From: a virus | Taxonomy: Duplodnaviria; Caudoviricetes | IMG/VR virus record: IMGVR_UViG_3300027820_000014 | Location: 1-41,872 of that record | Direction: 5' to 3' (one strand) | Length of the DNA stretch: 41,872 bases | Part shown: one piece after another, positions 17,048 to 24,639 of the stretch | How the letters are laid out: each line of letters opens with the position of its first letter | Numbering within the stretch: position 1 is the first letter of the stretch | Program-made: the position numbers and the translations under genes | The notes under the pieces: generated by a model | Database searches by the model: none | What the model was told of the DNA's origin: nothing | What the model saw: only the letters and a program-made list of their open reading frames with translations

Positions 17048-17533
17048 TCAGTGACAGCTATAGGAAGTTATACTTCCTGATGTCGTTGATGTACAGCTCA
17101 TGTTTATCCTCTGAGCTGGAGGGCTGGCCTGCTGAAGAAGCTGCCCATACAGCAAGAGATTTTGCACTGCGGCCTGCTGTTGCTGGGCGGAAGCTATCTC
17201 CCTCTGCGCTCTAACTTGGGCCAAAGAAACCCTGCAATTAATGTAAGGTTGTGTACCTCTTGTGGCACCATAACGCACGCACTGACTGTCTTCCATCATT
17301 GCTATGGCCTCCCCTTCTTCCAGCGACCTCTGAAGAACGCCGCTAGAGAACAAGTGATATTTCTGATCATAGCAAGTGGCAATCGACCAATCACCTATCA
17401 GCTCTACAATCACAGGGCTTCTCCATTGCGCTACTTTGCAACTTTTCGCATATTTGGCCATGCTCGTTCCTTGGGTGGAGTTAACACATCCGATCAAAAG
17501 CAACAACGCTCCTGCGACCAATAAATATTTCAT
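17048..17533 (-). CDS. Lipoprotein (moron; possible superinfection exclusion)
   Basis: Lipobox LIGC after a hydrophobic signal; immunity-region location. Confidence 0.65.
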   Translation of the reverse strand: MKYLLVAGALLLLIGCVNSTQGTSMAKYAKSCKVAQWRSPVIVELIGDWSIATCYDQKYHLFSSGVLQRSLEEGEAIAMMEDSQCVRYGATRGTQPYINCRVSLAQVRAQREIASAQQQQAAVQNLLLYGQLLQQASPPAQRINMSCTSTTSGSITSYSCH

Positions 17534-17590
17534 TCACCCTTCCCTGCGAATTGAGAGTCAAAATAAAAAACAAATTTACCACAACAAAAA

Positions 17591-17632
17591 ACAAATTAGT
17601 TTGTTGACATATACAAATTAACTTTGTATTGT
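17591..17632 (+). promoter_or_regulatory. PL-like promoter TTGACA-17-TATTGT with operators ACAAATTAGTTTGT and ACAAATTAACTTTGT
   Basis: Same promoter/operator architecture as PR. Confidence 0.8.
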
Positions 17633-17664
17633 TACCCCATACCAACCTAAACGGAGATGGGGAA

Positions 17665-18063
17665 ATGGGCGCAAATATAGCAGCACTTAACAACCACGAA
17701 TCCAGACAAACAGAACTACAAAAGCAGTGGAAAGCCTTTAAGGGTTCAGCGGCTCATGAGGCAATGAAGCAGCAGCGTCTAGAAACGCTGTTAGCCGATC
17801 CAGACAACCTTTGGGAAAGCATTGGCCCTAACGCTATCAAGTATCCGTTTCCTAGCTCAATGCTCGGCAAAACAGAATTAGAGCGAAAGTCTATAGGTAT
17901 TCGTATAAACAACTTTGATAACCATTTGGCGAATCAGTTGGCTACCTTAATTATCACTAAAGATGATGCAGAGCTAGGCCGAATTATCAGGGATATGTCA
18001 GAGCAGCATTTAAAAGACTCTGTTGATGAATATGTCGATGACAACTGGAGAGATTGGCTATGA
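17665..18063 (+). CDS. Hypothetical early protein
   Basis: First ORF after PL; RBS GGAG; probable start MGANI. Confidence 0.65.
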   Translation: MGANIAALNNHESRQTELQKQWKAFKGSAAHEAMKQQRLETLLADPDNLWESIGPNAIKYPFPSSMLGKTELERKSIGIRINNFDNHLANQLATLIITKDDAELGRIIRDMSEQHLKDSVDEYVDDNWRDWL

Positions 18064-18215
18064 GCATTTACAAAACAGAGCAAGGTTATTGGATAGCTGA
18101 GGGTAGTTTTCTTGGTCGCCGTTACATCATAGAGGGCGGATCGTGGAATGAAGCTTTTCACTCAGCAGTGAATCACATGCGCGGCCTAACCGATATAACA
18201 AGCAAAGCGTCCTAG
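18060..18215 (+). CDS. Small hypothetical protein (51 aa)
   Basis: ATGA coupling; MSIYKTEQGYWIAEG... Confidence 0.5.
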   Translation: MSIYKTEQGYWIAEGSFLGRRYIIEGGSWNEAFHSAVNHMRGLTDITSKAS

Positions 18216-18407
18216 CTATGACGGTATAGCGTAAACAGTTTATGGAAGTGCTAGCAGCGAAGCGTGGGAAATGGAGTGCTAGAGCGCGAATACTCGCCCC
18301 GCCACTTCCACCCTATAGGAGATAGAAATGAAGTCTCTATTAAGAAAACTAAAGTGGTGGTGGTATTTCCATTCGCCATTCGACAAAAAACCATTTTGAG
18401 GTGTGAC

Positions 18408-19190
18408 ATGAACATTTTAGAAAAACTCAACGAGGTTAGAAAAAACATTGAGTACATCAAAAAGGATGCCGTGGTCAACAACCGATATAAGGCAGTTACA
18501 CACGACATGGTTACTGCGATGGTCAGGGATCATCTAGTCTGTCAGGGTATTTTAGTATGCCCCAGCCTTGAGTCATCCGCTGTTGCTGATACTGGCACAA
18601 AAACAAAGGGCGGCACGCCGATCATTCGTTATGAGGCTAGGTATAAGGTGGCCTTTTTGAACGAGAAAGACCCGCAAGATGCTCTAGCTATTATCGTTGA
18701 AGCTCATGCTAACGATGAGGGCGATAAGGCTCCCGGCAAAGCTCTCTCCTACGCGACAAAGAACGCCTTACTGAAAGTGTTATCAATAGAAACTGGCGAG
18801 AATGACGAAGCCAGAATTGAGGCTGTTCCTGCCGCCTACACCGATCAGCAAAAAGCTATATTTGACACACTTATCTCCCAAGGGGACGCGCTGGGTATAG
18901 CTGCTTTTCTTGGCATGGTTGGCGATGACGCGCAAACAAGCCTGTTTAATTCGTTTGACAAGGGTGCGACATCTTCAGGGAAACAAATGGTCAGAACATT
19001 GCAGGCAGAAGGCGGCAATAAATGGCAAAGCTTATTGTCGGACATCGAAACAATGATGGCAGATGAGGATAGTCTAGGGCTGAAAGAGGCTACATCAGAA
19101 TTAGAAAATTACGAAAAGCAATATCTCGCTAAATTGCTTGGGAATAAAACAGCCCAAAACATGGGACAGCTAATTAAAAAGGCAGCATAA
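18408..19190 (+). CDS. erf: ERF-family single-strand annealing protein
   Basis: DKAPGKALSYATKNALLKVLSIETGEND motif; start at ATG 18408 with RBS GAGG; upstream of ssb. Confidence 0.85.
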   Translation: MNILEKLNEVRKNIEYIKKDAVVNNRYKAVTHDMVTAMVRDHLVCQGILVCPSLESSAVADTGTKTKGGTPIIRYEARYKVAFLNEKDPQDALAIIVEAHANDEGDKAPGKALSYATKNALLKVLSIETGENDEARIEAVPAAYTDQQKAIFDTLISQGDALGIAAFLGMVGDDAQTSLFNSFDKGATSSGKQMVRTLQAEGGNKWQSLLSDIETMMADEDSLGLKEATSELENYEKQYLAKLLGNKTAQNMGQLIKKAA

Positions 19191-19192
19191 AT

Positions 19193-19612
19193 ATGAACAA
19201 TTGGAATTTTATCGGAAACCTTGGCAAAGATGCTGAAACAAAAGCCTTGCCAAATGGCACAACAGTCTGCCAATTCTCAGTGGCAACAACTAGCGGGTTT
19301 GGCGACAAGCAAAAAACCACTTGGGCTAGGTGTGCAATATTTGGCAAGCGTGCTGAAGGTGGCTTACCTCAATACCTGGTTAAAGGGCAGAAGGTTGCCA
19401 TATCTGGCGAAATATCCTTGGACGAGTGGGAGAAGGACGGACAAAAACACTCAGCTCTAAAGGTGAATGTTGGCACCATCGACCTTGTTGGCGCAAAAGA
19501 ACCGTCCTCTAGCAGCCCACATCCAGCCCCGCCACCGCAGAACCAGCCTAGTGGTGGGCATGATACTGGCAGCGGGTTTGATAGCTTCGATGATGACATA
19601 CCTTTTAGCTAG
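19193..19612 (+). CDS. ssb: Single-stranded DNA-binding protein
   Basis: IGNLGKDAE...FSVA...KGQKV; acidic tail FDDDIPF. Confidence 0.95.
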   Translation: MNNWNFIGNLGKDAETKALPNGTTVCQFSVATTSGFGDKQKTTWARCAIFGKRAEGGLPQYLVKGQKVAISGEISLDEWEKDGQKHSALKVNVGTIDLVGAKEPSSSSPHPAPPPQNQPSGGHDTGSGFDSFDDDIPFS

Positions 19613-19670
19613 GAGGCGGCATGAAAACCTCGATAAAAACATGCTTTAAGTGCAACAACAAGGAGACCCC

Positions 19671-19922
19671 ATGACCAACCCAATAACACTTAAATACATC
19701 GGCTCCTATTTCTCTGATGTTACTGGAGAGAGTCTAACCATAGGTGATCTATCCAAAAGGTTAGAGGTTAGCAGTAACACCGTCAGAACTGCGCTCCATA
19801 AAGTAGGCGCAATTAACAAGGGAGCTGTGACCGATGAAGATTTGGGTCACTACCTTCCTGATAAAGCAACGATAGATAAGCAGAAAGCAGCTTTAGAGTT
19901 AAGCGCGAGAGCTTGGAGATAA
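19671..19922 (+). CDS. Small HTH-like protein
   Basis: LTIGDLSKRLEVSSNTVRT; RBS AGGAG. Confidence 0.55.
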   Translation: MTNPITLKYIGSYFSDVTGESLTIGDLSKRLEVSSNTVRTALHKVGAINKGAVTDEDLGHYLPDKATIDKQKAALELSARAWR

Positions 19923-19923
19923 C

Positions 19924-20100
19924 ATGAAACATATATTAATACTAACAGCCCTATTTCTATCAGCCTGTAGTGATCCAGGCATAGAAAGCATTAAAGATAG
20001 GGGCAAGCAAGAGATTGTTAGCCAGTGTCAAGATAAAGGCCGTTTCACCCACGGCATTTTAACCTTTAGCTGTGAGCAGATGTTTGTAGTTGAGGAATAA
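19924..20100 (+). CDS. Small lipoprotein (58 aa)
   Basis: MKHILILTALFLSAC lipobox; its stop is the TAA of the first attC-like TAAC. Confidence 0.6.
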   Translation: MKHILILTALFLSACSDPGIESIKDRGKQEIVSQCQDKGRFTHGILTFSCEQMFVVEE

Positions 20101-20162
20101 CCCCGCAAACACGCGAGAGCGAAACGAAGTGTAGCGAGTCAAAGTGATTTGCTTTGTTATAA
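20095..20162 (+). repeat. attC-like site 0 (68 bp)
   Basis: GAATAAC...GTTATAA; inner arms GCAAACAC/GTGATTTGC with one bulged base. Confidence 0.7.
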
Positions 20163-20181
20163 CTTTTTTAGGAGTTTAATT

Positions 20182-20424
20182 GTGGCCAAGTACGATACAG
20201 AAAACCTTGTTTTAACAGAAAGATACAAATCAGCCTTGAATGAGTTGATGGCGGCAGAATTGGAAATGATGCGAGAACACGAGCCAGACATGGCCGACTG
20301 CTGGGAGTGGGGTGTGTGCCATGTTGGTGACCTTGCGAGAAAGGACGGATTAGAGTTTACATACGGAGGCAATGAAGATAAGCCTGCGCAATACAAAAAC
20401 GAAACAGAGGTTTTCGAGTTATAA
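20182..20424 (+). CDS. Cassette 1 hypothetical protein
   Basis: GTG start with AGGAG; stop within TTATAAC. Confidence 0.7.
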   Translation: MAKYDTENLVLTERYKSALNELMAAELEMMREHEPDMADCWEWGVCHVGDLARKDGLEFTYGGNEDKPAQYKNETEVFEL

Positions 20425-20518
20425 CCACAGCTTTAACCGGAGAGGAATGTAATGAGTGAAGCGAATGAAATGACGAGTCCGGCGACTGAAGGGAGCGAAG
20501 TTCAAACCCTTGTTATAA
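20419..20518 (+). repeat. attC-like site 1 (100 bp)
   Basis: TTATAAC...GTTATAA; homologous to site 4. Confidence 0.8.
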
Positions 20519-20730
20519 ACCCTTGCGTTCGCTGTAAACACCTAACATCAGACACGTTTTGCACTAGACATAAAAATGAACTTCTTTCATACGAACTTGT
20601 GACGGGCAGGCCAATATATGGCTTCGATACTGTGGCTAGTAGAGAGAGGGACACTGGAGGGTGCGGCAAAAACGGGCGTTATTTTGAGCCGAGTTTAACA
20701 GCAAGGCTGCTAAAAATTGTGGGTTTATAA
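20452..20730 (+). CDS. Cassette 2 Cys-rich hypothetical protein (start lies inside attC1)
   Basis: CVRC...C...CGKNGRYFEP; stop within TTATAAC. Confidence 0.65.
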   Translation: MSEANEMTSPATEGSEVQTLVINPCVRCKHLTSDTFCTRHKNELLSYELVTGRPIYGFDTVASRERDTGGCGKNGRYFEPSLTARLLKIVGL

Positions 20731-20788
20731 CCCAATTGTTAAGCGGCGCGACCCGCAGGGAGCGTCAGATTTGAATAACTTGTTATGC
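20725..20788 (+). repeat. attC-like site 2 (64 bp)
   Basis: TTATAAC...GTTATGC with an internal imperfect palindrome. Confidence 0.75.
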
Positions 20789-20802
20789 GCTAGGCGCAGG
20801 GG

Positions 20803-21123
20803 ATGAACATGAACTACGACCCAAATTTGACTTGTAGCGGAAGAATGGCAAAACAAAAAGTGCAGCTTACTTTTCAGCAGTGGGAGTACTCCACAGTTGT
20901 TGAATCTACAGTTGGCGGAAACTGTACAGGCTTATCCGTAATTGATTGTGCAATCGCCAATGCTTATGACGCATTAGAGCTTGATGGGCAAACTCCTATG
21001 ATTGAGATGACGAACCACGAAGGCAACACGCTGGGGTGTACAGATGATGAGGATCGAGGTGACGACTTTCTTAAAGACATGCTCGTTAAGGCTGAGATCA
21101 TCTGTATTGAGCCTAGCGCATAA
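20803..21123 (+). CDS. Cassette 3 hypothetical protein
   Basis: 106 aa; RBS AGGGG; stop within GCATAAC. Confidence 0.75.
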   Translation: MNMNYDPNLTCSGRMAKQKVQLTFQQWEYSTVVESTVGGNCTGLSVIDCAIANAYDALELDGQTPMIEMTNHEGNTLGCTDDEDRGDDFLKDMLVKAEIICIEPSA

Positions 21124-21172
21124 CCCAGTTAGTTGCGGACGCGAAGCGTTCCGAAACCTATATTTGTTAGGC
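21118..21172 (+). repeat. attC-like site 3 (55 bp)
   Basis: GCATAAC...GTTAGGC; central CGGACGC-GAA-GCGTTCCG hairpin. Confidence 0.75.
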
Positions 21173-21186
21173 GCGAGGTATTGAGA

Positions 21187-21390
21187 ATGCTGGAATATGA
21201 AGACATAGAGCCAGGTGACAAATGGAGCCAGAATAGCAACCCGAGCAAGGTTGCCCAAGTAACCTGCGTTAAACGAACCGACAGCATTTTTGGGCCTAGG
21301 GTTGAGCTGCAAGGAAGCTGGTTCAAATCTGGTTTTCGGTGGTGTAGTGCAGATGTCTTGGAAGCGCATTATACAAAGGTAAGCGCCTAA
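21187..21390 (+). CDS. Cassette 4 hypothetical protein
   Basis: RBS GAGGT; IEPGDKW (SH3-like?); stop within GCCTAAC. Confidence 0.65.
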   Translation: MLEYEDIEPGDKWSQNSNPSKVAQVTCVKRTDSIFGPRVELQGSWFKSGFRWCSADVLEAHYTKVSA

Positions 21391-21462
21391 CGCTGGTTTA
21401 ACCGGAGAGGAATGATGAGCGAAGCGAAGAATGACGAGTCCGCGTTGAAACCCTTGTTATAT
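21385..21462 (+). repeat. attC-like site 4 (78 bp)
   Basis: GCCTAAC...GTTATAT; homologous to site 1. Confidence 0.8.
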
Positions 21463-21663
21463 TTTCGATGCGGTTGGTGCGGAAATCCCACAGATAAAGA
21501 TGGGCGCTGCTTGCCTATTGAAGATATACCACACGGATCGGATGAAGACTGGGGTTCAGCAGTTGCAACAAACGGAACTTGCTGCCCGAATGGTGATGAA
21601 GGTGATATGTATCAATCGCCAGACCCTACAGAAGACATGCTTAGAGATGCGGGGCTTTTGTAA
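21412..21663 (+). CDS. Cassette 5 Cys-rich hypothetical protein (start lies inside attC4)
   Basis: RCGWCG...GTCCP; followed by ATATAAC. Confidence 0.65.
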   Translation: MMSEAKNDESALKPLLYFRCGWCGNPTDKDGRCLPIEDIPHGSDEDWGSAVATNGTCCPNGDEGDMYQSPDPTEDMLRDAGLL

Positions 21664-21707
21664 ATATAACAAGTAGTTAACCGTATCACTAGAAGTAGAG
21701 CACCAAA

Positions 21708-22037
21708 ATGGAACACTACAAATATCTCTACAAATATGGCACCCAGGAACAGATCGACAGATTCCACGAGGCCAGAAAGCGTAAAAACGAACTCACTAGG
21801 TTTATGCAAGAGCCGAGGGTGTACAGGCCAAATCCTGATATGTGCGGGTTCATCTTTGCTGGCTCATTTCAGTGCGGTGTATTTATCGAGTATCAGGCCG
21901 AGCTTTACCGAGCTGGACGCTATGACTCTTACCGAGGCGTTGTGAACCATCAACCCATTGACGGTAGACGCGGATGGTACGCCTGGGGCAATGATATGGC
22001 CTCAAACATGCCGGGTAGAATTTTAACGTACCCCTAA
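21708..22037 (+). CDS. Hypothetical protein
   Basis: 109 aa ORF in the early operon. Confidence 0.55.
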   Translation: MEHYKYLYKYGTQEQIDRFHEARKRKNELTRFMQEPRVYRPNPDMCGFIFAGSFQCGVFIEYQAELYRAGRYDSYRGVVNHQPIDGRRGWYAWGNDMASNMPGRILTYP

Positions 22038-22081
22038 ATTATCAAACTGATAGTTACTGACAATAGATTGATAGAAGAGAT

Positions 22082-22294
22082 ATGAAGCTGGCCCCTCACA
22101 CAAAGGCAAACCGGGAGTTCTTCGAGAAAGGATGCGCCCCCTCTTTGTCTGCTTGGACAGACTGGATAGGCCGAGGTGTTGTGAAGGGGAAAATGATAGA
22201 CGGAAAGCCTTATATAGACCTGAATTGGTTCGCTGCAAACGATGATATGCGCGAGACAAATAACAATTCAGGCTTGTCATTACTTACAGGGTAG
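22082..22294 (+). CDS. Putative excisionase / recombination directionality factor
   Basis: 70 aa; wHTH-like (W...G...GK.IDGKPYID); immediately upstream of the integrase. Confidence 0.6.
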   Translation: MKLAPHTKANREFFEKGCAPSLSAWTDWIGRGVVKGKMIDGKPYIDLNWFAANDDMRETNNNSGLSLLTG

Positions 22295-22301
22295 ATTACA
22301 A

Positions 22302-23459
22302 ATGGCCACTATGAGACCAAAGAAAACCCGATTAGTAGATGGCATTCCACTGGCTGACAACCTCTACAAAGACCCAAAAGGCCGGAGTGGTTATTACCGC
22401 TACCGCAGGCCAGATGGCACCTTTAAGACGTTTACAGCAGCAGCCGTAGACCTTGCCAATAATATGGCTGATGAGGCTAATAGCCTTCGCGGTAAAGACC
22501 TGCCTGTGGCAACCAGAATCCCCCAGAGAGACAGTCTTGCCTATCATGTGCCGCTCTACATTGCGTATCAGGAAAAGATTAATCCAGAGCTGAAGTACAA
22601 GCAGAGCTGGAAAAACAGGGCTTATGCTTTAAATCAATTTGCTGAGACCTTTCCGGTTATCGGCCGCATCACAAGAGATACTATTTTGGCGTGGTGGGAT
22701 GGGCTTACCTACCACCAACAAAAGCTAAGAATGGCAGAATTTAGACGGTTTTTTAACTGGCTAATGGGACAAGGGTTGGCGGCAAAGCTGAAATATAACC
22801 CCTTCACCACAGCAGACGACAAACCAAGATTACTACCAAAGCAGAAGCCAAAAAAACAACGCAAAGCACTAACTCAAGCAGGCTACAGGAAAATCTACAA
22901 CGCGGCCGAAGATTTTGGTTATGAGTGTCTTCAGATAGCAATGGAAATAAGCCGATATACCACACTTAGAGAGGCTGATATATGCGGGCTAAGATGGACA
23001 GACATTGTTGATGGGGAGCTCAGGCTGGTTGTTAGTAAGTCAGAAGCACAGAAAGGTAGCGCGAGAGCCGCCAGGTTGTCCTGGAAACTGAAAGACCACC
23101 CGATTCTGAAACGTCAAATTGATCGAGCCAGGGAGCTATCTCTACAGCACAAACGCTGCCCTTTTGTGATCTCTCACGAGCCAAGGCGTCGCGTGTGGAA
23201 TGAGGACAAGGCCCATCTGTACCAAGTGACACCGGACAGATTATCAAGAATGTTTCGGGAGGTTATGGATTCTTGTGGGATAGAGGGGACATCTTTCCAC
23301 GAGGTTCGCGGCCTTTCAGCAACACTCTATAAAGGCGAAGGATATACCACTGGAGAAATTAAAGACTTAATGGCCCACGAGCAGGAATCAACAACGATTG
23401 ATTATCAAAATGCAGACGAGCTACCCTACCAGTCAGTGACTATGAGGCTGTCGAAGTGA
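22302..23459 (+). CDS. int: Tyrosine recombinase (phage integrase)
   Basis: N-terminal arm-binding-like domain (NLY...YYRYR), R (TLREADI), H-x-x-R (FHEVR), H (MAHE), Y (TIDY); adjacent to attP. Confidence 0.9.
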   Translation: MATMRPKKTRLVDGIPLADNLYKDPKGRSGYYRYRRPDGTFKTFTAAAVDLANNMADEANSLRGKDLPVATRIPQRDSLAYHVPLYIAYQEKINPELKYKQSWKNRAYALNQFAETFPVIGRITRDTILAWWDGLTYHQQKLRMAEFRRFFNWLMGQGLAAKLKYNPFTTADDKPRLLPKQKPKKQRKALTQAGYRKIYNAAEDFGYECLQIAMEISRYTTLREADICGLRWTDIVDGELRLVVSKSEAQKGSARAARLSWKLKDHPILKRQIDRARELSLQHKRCPFVISHEPRRRVWNEDKAHLYQVTPDRLSRMFREVMDSCGIEGTSFHEVRGLSATLYKGEGYTTGEIKDLMAHEQESTTIDYQNADELPYQSVTMRLSK

Positions 23460-23463
23460 GTTA

Positions 23464-23496
23464 TTGTACGCTTAGTTTTTGTACGGTTTTTGTACC
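23464..23496. repeat. Three TTGTAC direct repeats; candidate integrase arm-type sites
   Basis: At 23464, 23479 and 23490, beside the attP core. Confidence 0.55.
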
Positions 23497-23530
23497 GTTA
23501 GTGACTACTAGCGCCACAGGTACTAGAAAT

Positions 23531-23578
23531 TGGTCGGGGCGGCCGGATTTGAACCGACGACCACTACACCCCCAGTGT
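23531..23578 (-). other. attP core: 3' half of tRNA-Pro(GGG) including CCA
   Basis: Minus strand ACACTGGGGGTGTAGTGGTCGTCGGTTCAAATCCGGCCGCCCCGACCA: anticodon loop, T-arm and acceptor 3' strand; no 5' half. Confidence 0.9.
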
Positions 23579-23732
23579 TTAGAGTACACGCCCCATCTTC
23601 TTGATATAAAAAGAGAACCCCGGAATCACAATCCGCACAACCATCCTTTATCTATGGGAGCTAAACCCCTGTTTCGGGTAATACGCTTCTTCAAACTATC
23701 AATAACTTGCCAACTGTATATTACCCGGAGAA

Positions 23733-24590
23733 ATGGCCTCGCCTATGAATGTTCTTGATTTGTTCAGCGGTATTGGTGGGTTTTCTCTTGGGCTAGAACG
23801 GGCAGGAATGAAAACCGTTGCTTTTTGCGAGATTGAGCCTTTCTGCCAACAAGTACTGAAAAAACATTGGCCCGATGTGCCGGTTTATAACGATGTGAAG
23901 AAGGTGACAGGTGAGCAGCTTAGAAAAGACGGAATATCAGTTGACGTTATTACCGGAGGATTCCCCTGCCAGGATATTTCAGTCGCAGGAAAGCAGGCCG
24001 GAATTGAAGGTGAAAGATCAGGTTTGTGGACAGAGCTTGCCAGAATTATTAGCGAGATACGACCAGCCTACGCAATCATGGAGAACGTCACAGCTCTCAT
24101 TAGTGGAGAAAATGGCGAATGGTTTGGAAAAGTTCTCGGAGACCTGGCCGAGATCGGGTATGACGTTGAATGGCACTGCATACCAGCTTCCGAAATTGGC
24201 GCGCACCATCACCGAGATAGGATCTGGATTGTGGCCTACCCCAACAAGAGCGACAGGCAACAAGGAAGTAGTCGGCAGCCAAGGGCACAGAAATCTCGTA
24301 GCTTACGCAAAAATGTTCCCAACTCCGACAGCGACAGACTACAAGGGGGCACCGACTTTGGCGGCAGTAAAAAAGCGAGCCCTGGAATCATCCAGAGGAG
24401 TCAGGTTGCCAGAGCATATAGCCAAAACAGAGGGGATAGAGGTGTCTGGGCAGTTGAACCCAGTATTTGTCGAGTGGCTAATGGGGTTCCCCGAAGGGTG
24501 GACAGAATTAAATCACTCGGCAATGCCGTAGTGCCACAGTTGCCAGAAATCATAGGCAAAGCAATTCTGTCTTTTGAATCTAGCCCATGA
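23733..24590 (+). CDS. C5-cytosine DNA methyltransferase (alpha-like polypeptide)
   Basis: DLFSGIGG, GGFPCQDIS, ENV, HHRDRIW, LGNAVVP; motif IX not recognisable in this frame. Confidence 0.92.
   Translation: MASPMNVLDLFSGIGGFSLGLERAGMKTVAFCEIEPFCQQVLKKHWPDVPVYNDVKKVTGEQLRKDGISVDVITGGFPCQDISVAGKQAGIEGERSGLWTELARIISEIRPAYAIMENVTALISGENGEWFGKVLGDLAEIGYDVEWHCIPASEIGAHHHRDRIWIVAYPNKSDRQQGSSRQPRAQKSRSLRKNVPNSDSDRLQGGTDFGGSKKASPGIIQRSQVARAYSQNRGDRGVWAVEPSICRVANGVPRRVDRIKSLGNAVVPQLPEIIGKAILSFESSP
23911..24531 (+). CDS. Nested out-of-frame ORF; putative beta subunit of the methyltransferase
   Basis: 206-aa open +1 frame ending LNPVFVEWLMGFPEGWT (motif IX-like), with two PTP repeats. Confidence 0.7.
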   Translation: MSSLEKTEYQLTLLPEDSPARIFQSQESRPELKVKDQVCGQSLPELLARYDQPTQSWRTSQLSLVEKMANGLEKFSETWPRSGMTLNGTAYQLPKLARTITEIGSGLWPTPTRATGNKEVVGSQGHRNLVAYAKMFPTPTATDYKGAPTLAAVKKRALESSRGVRLPEHIAKTEGIEVSGQLNPVFVEWLMGFPEGWTELNHSAMP

Positions 24591-24639
24591 ACCCTAACCC
24601 CCAACCTTATACGCGCAGTACAGAGAGTGGAGATAGAAA

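Larger units (their letters stand above)
20095..21683 (+). mobile_element. Integron-type gene-cassette array lacking intI (CALIN-like): five cassettes
   Basis: Five complete attC-like sites and one half site, each separating single ORFs; complementary cassette ends. Confidence 0.8.

Noticed and set aside
18264-18407. N-terminal extension of ERF in the ORF track
   Set aside because: A better start with RBS is at 18408; the upstream part overlaps the RNA structure and a 23-codon ORF.
20095-21683. CRISPR array or rho-independent terminators
   Set aside because: Repeats are divergent, the intervening units are whole ORFs of 200-330 bp, there are no cas genes and the hairpins lack U-tracts.
22302-23459. 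Integron integrase IntI
   Set aside because: Has a phage-type N-terminal domain, an adjacent xis-like gene and a tRNA attP; no IntI signature recognised by eye (HMM check still advisable).
23531-23578. Functional tRNA-Pro gene
   Set aside because: Only the 3' half is present (no D-arm or 5' acceptor strand); it is the attP core.
23713-23730. SOS box upstream of the MTase (CTGTATATT...)
   Set aside because: Half-site only; no CAG at the required spacing.
23456-23758. 100-aa ORF spanning attP
   Set aside because: It translates the att arm repeats and the antisense tRNA fragment; probably spurious.
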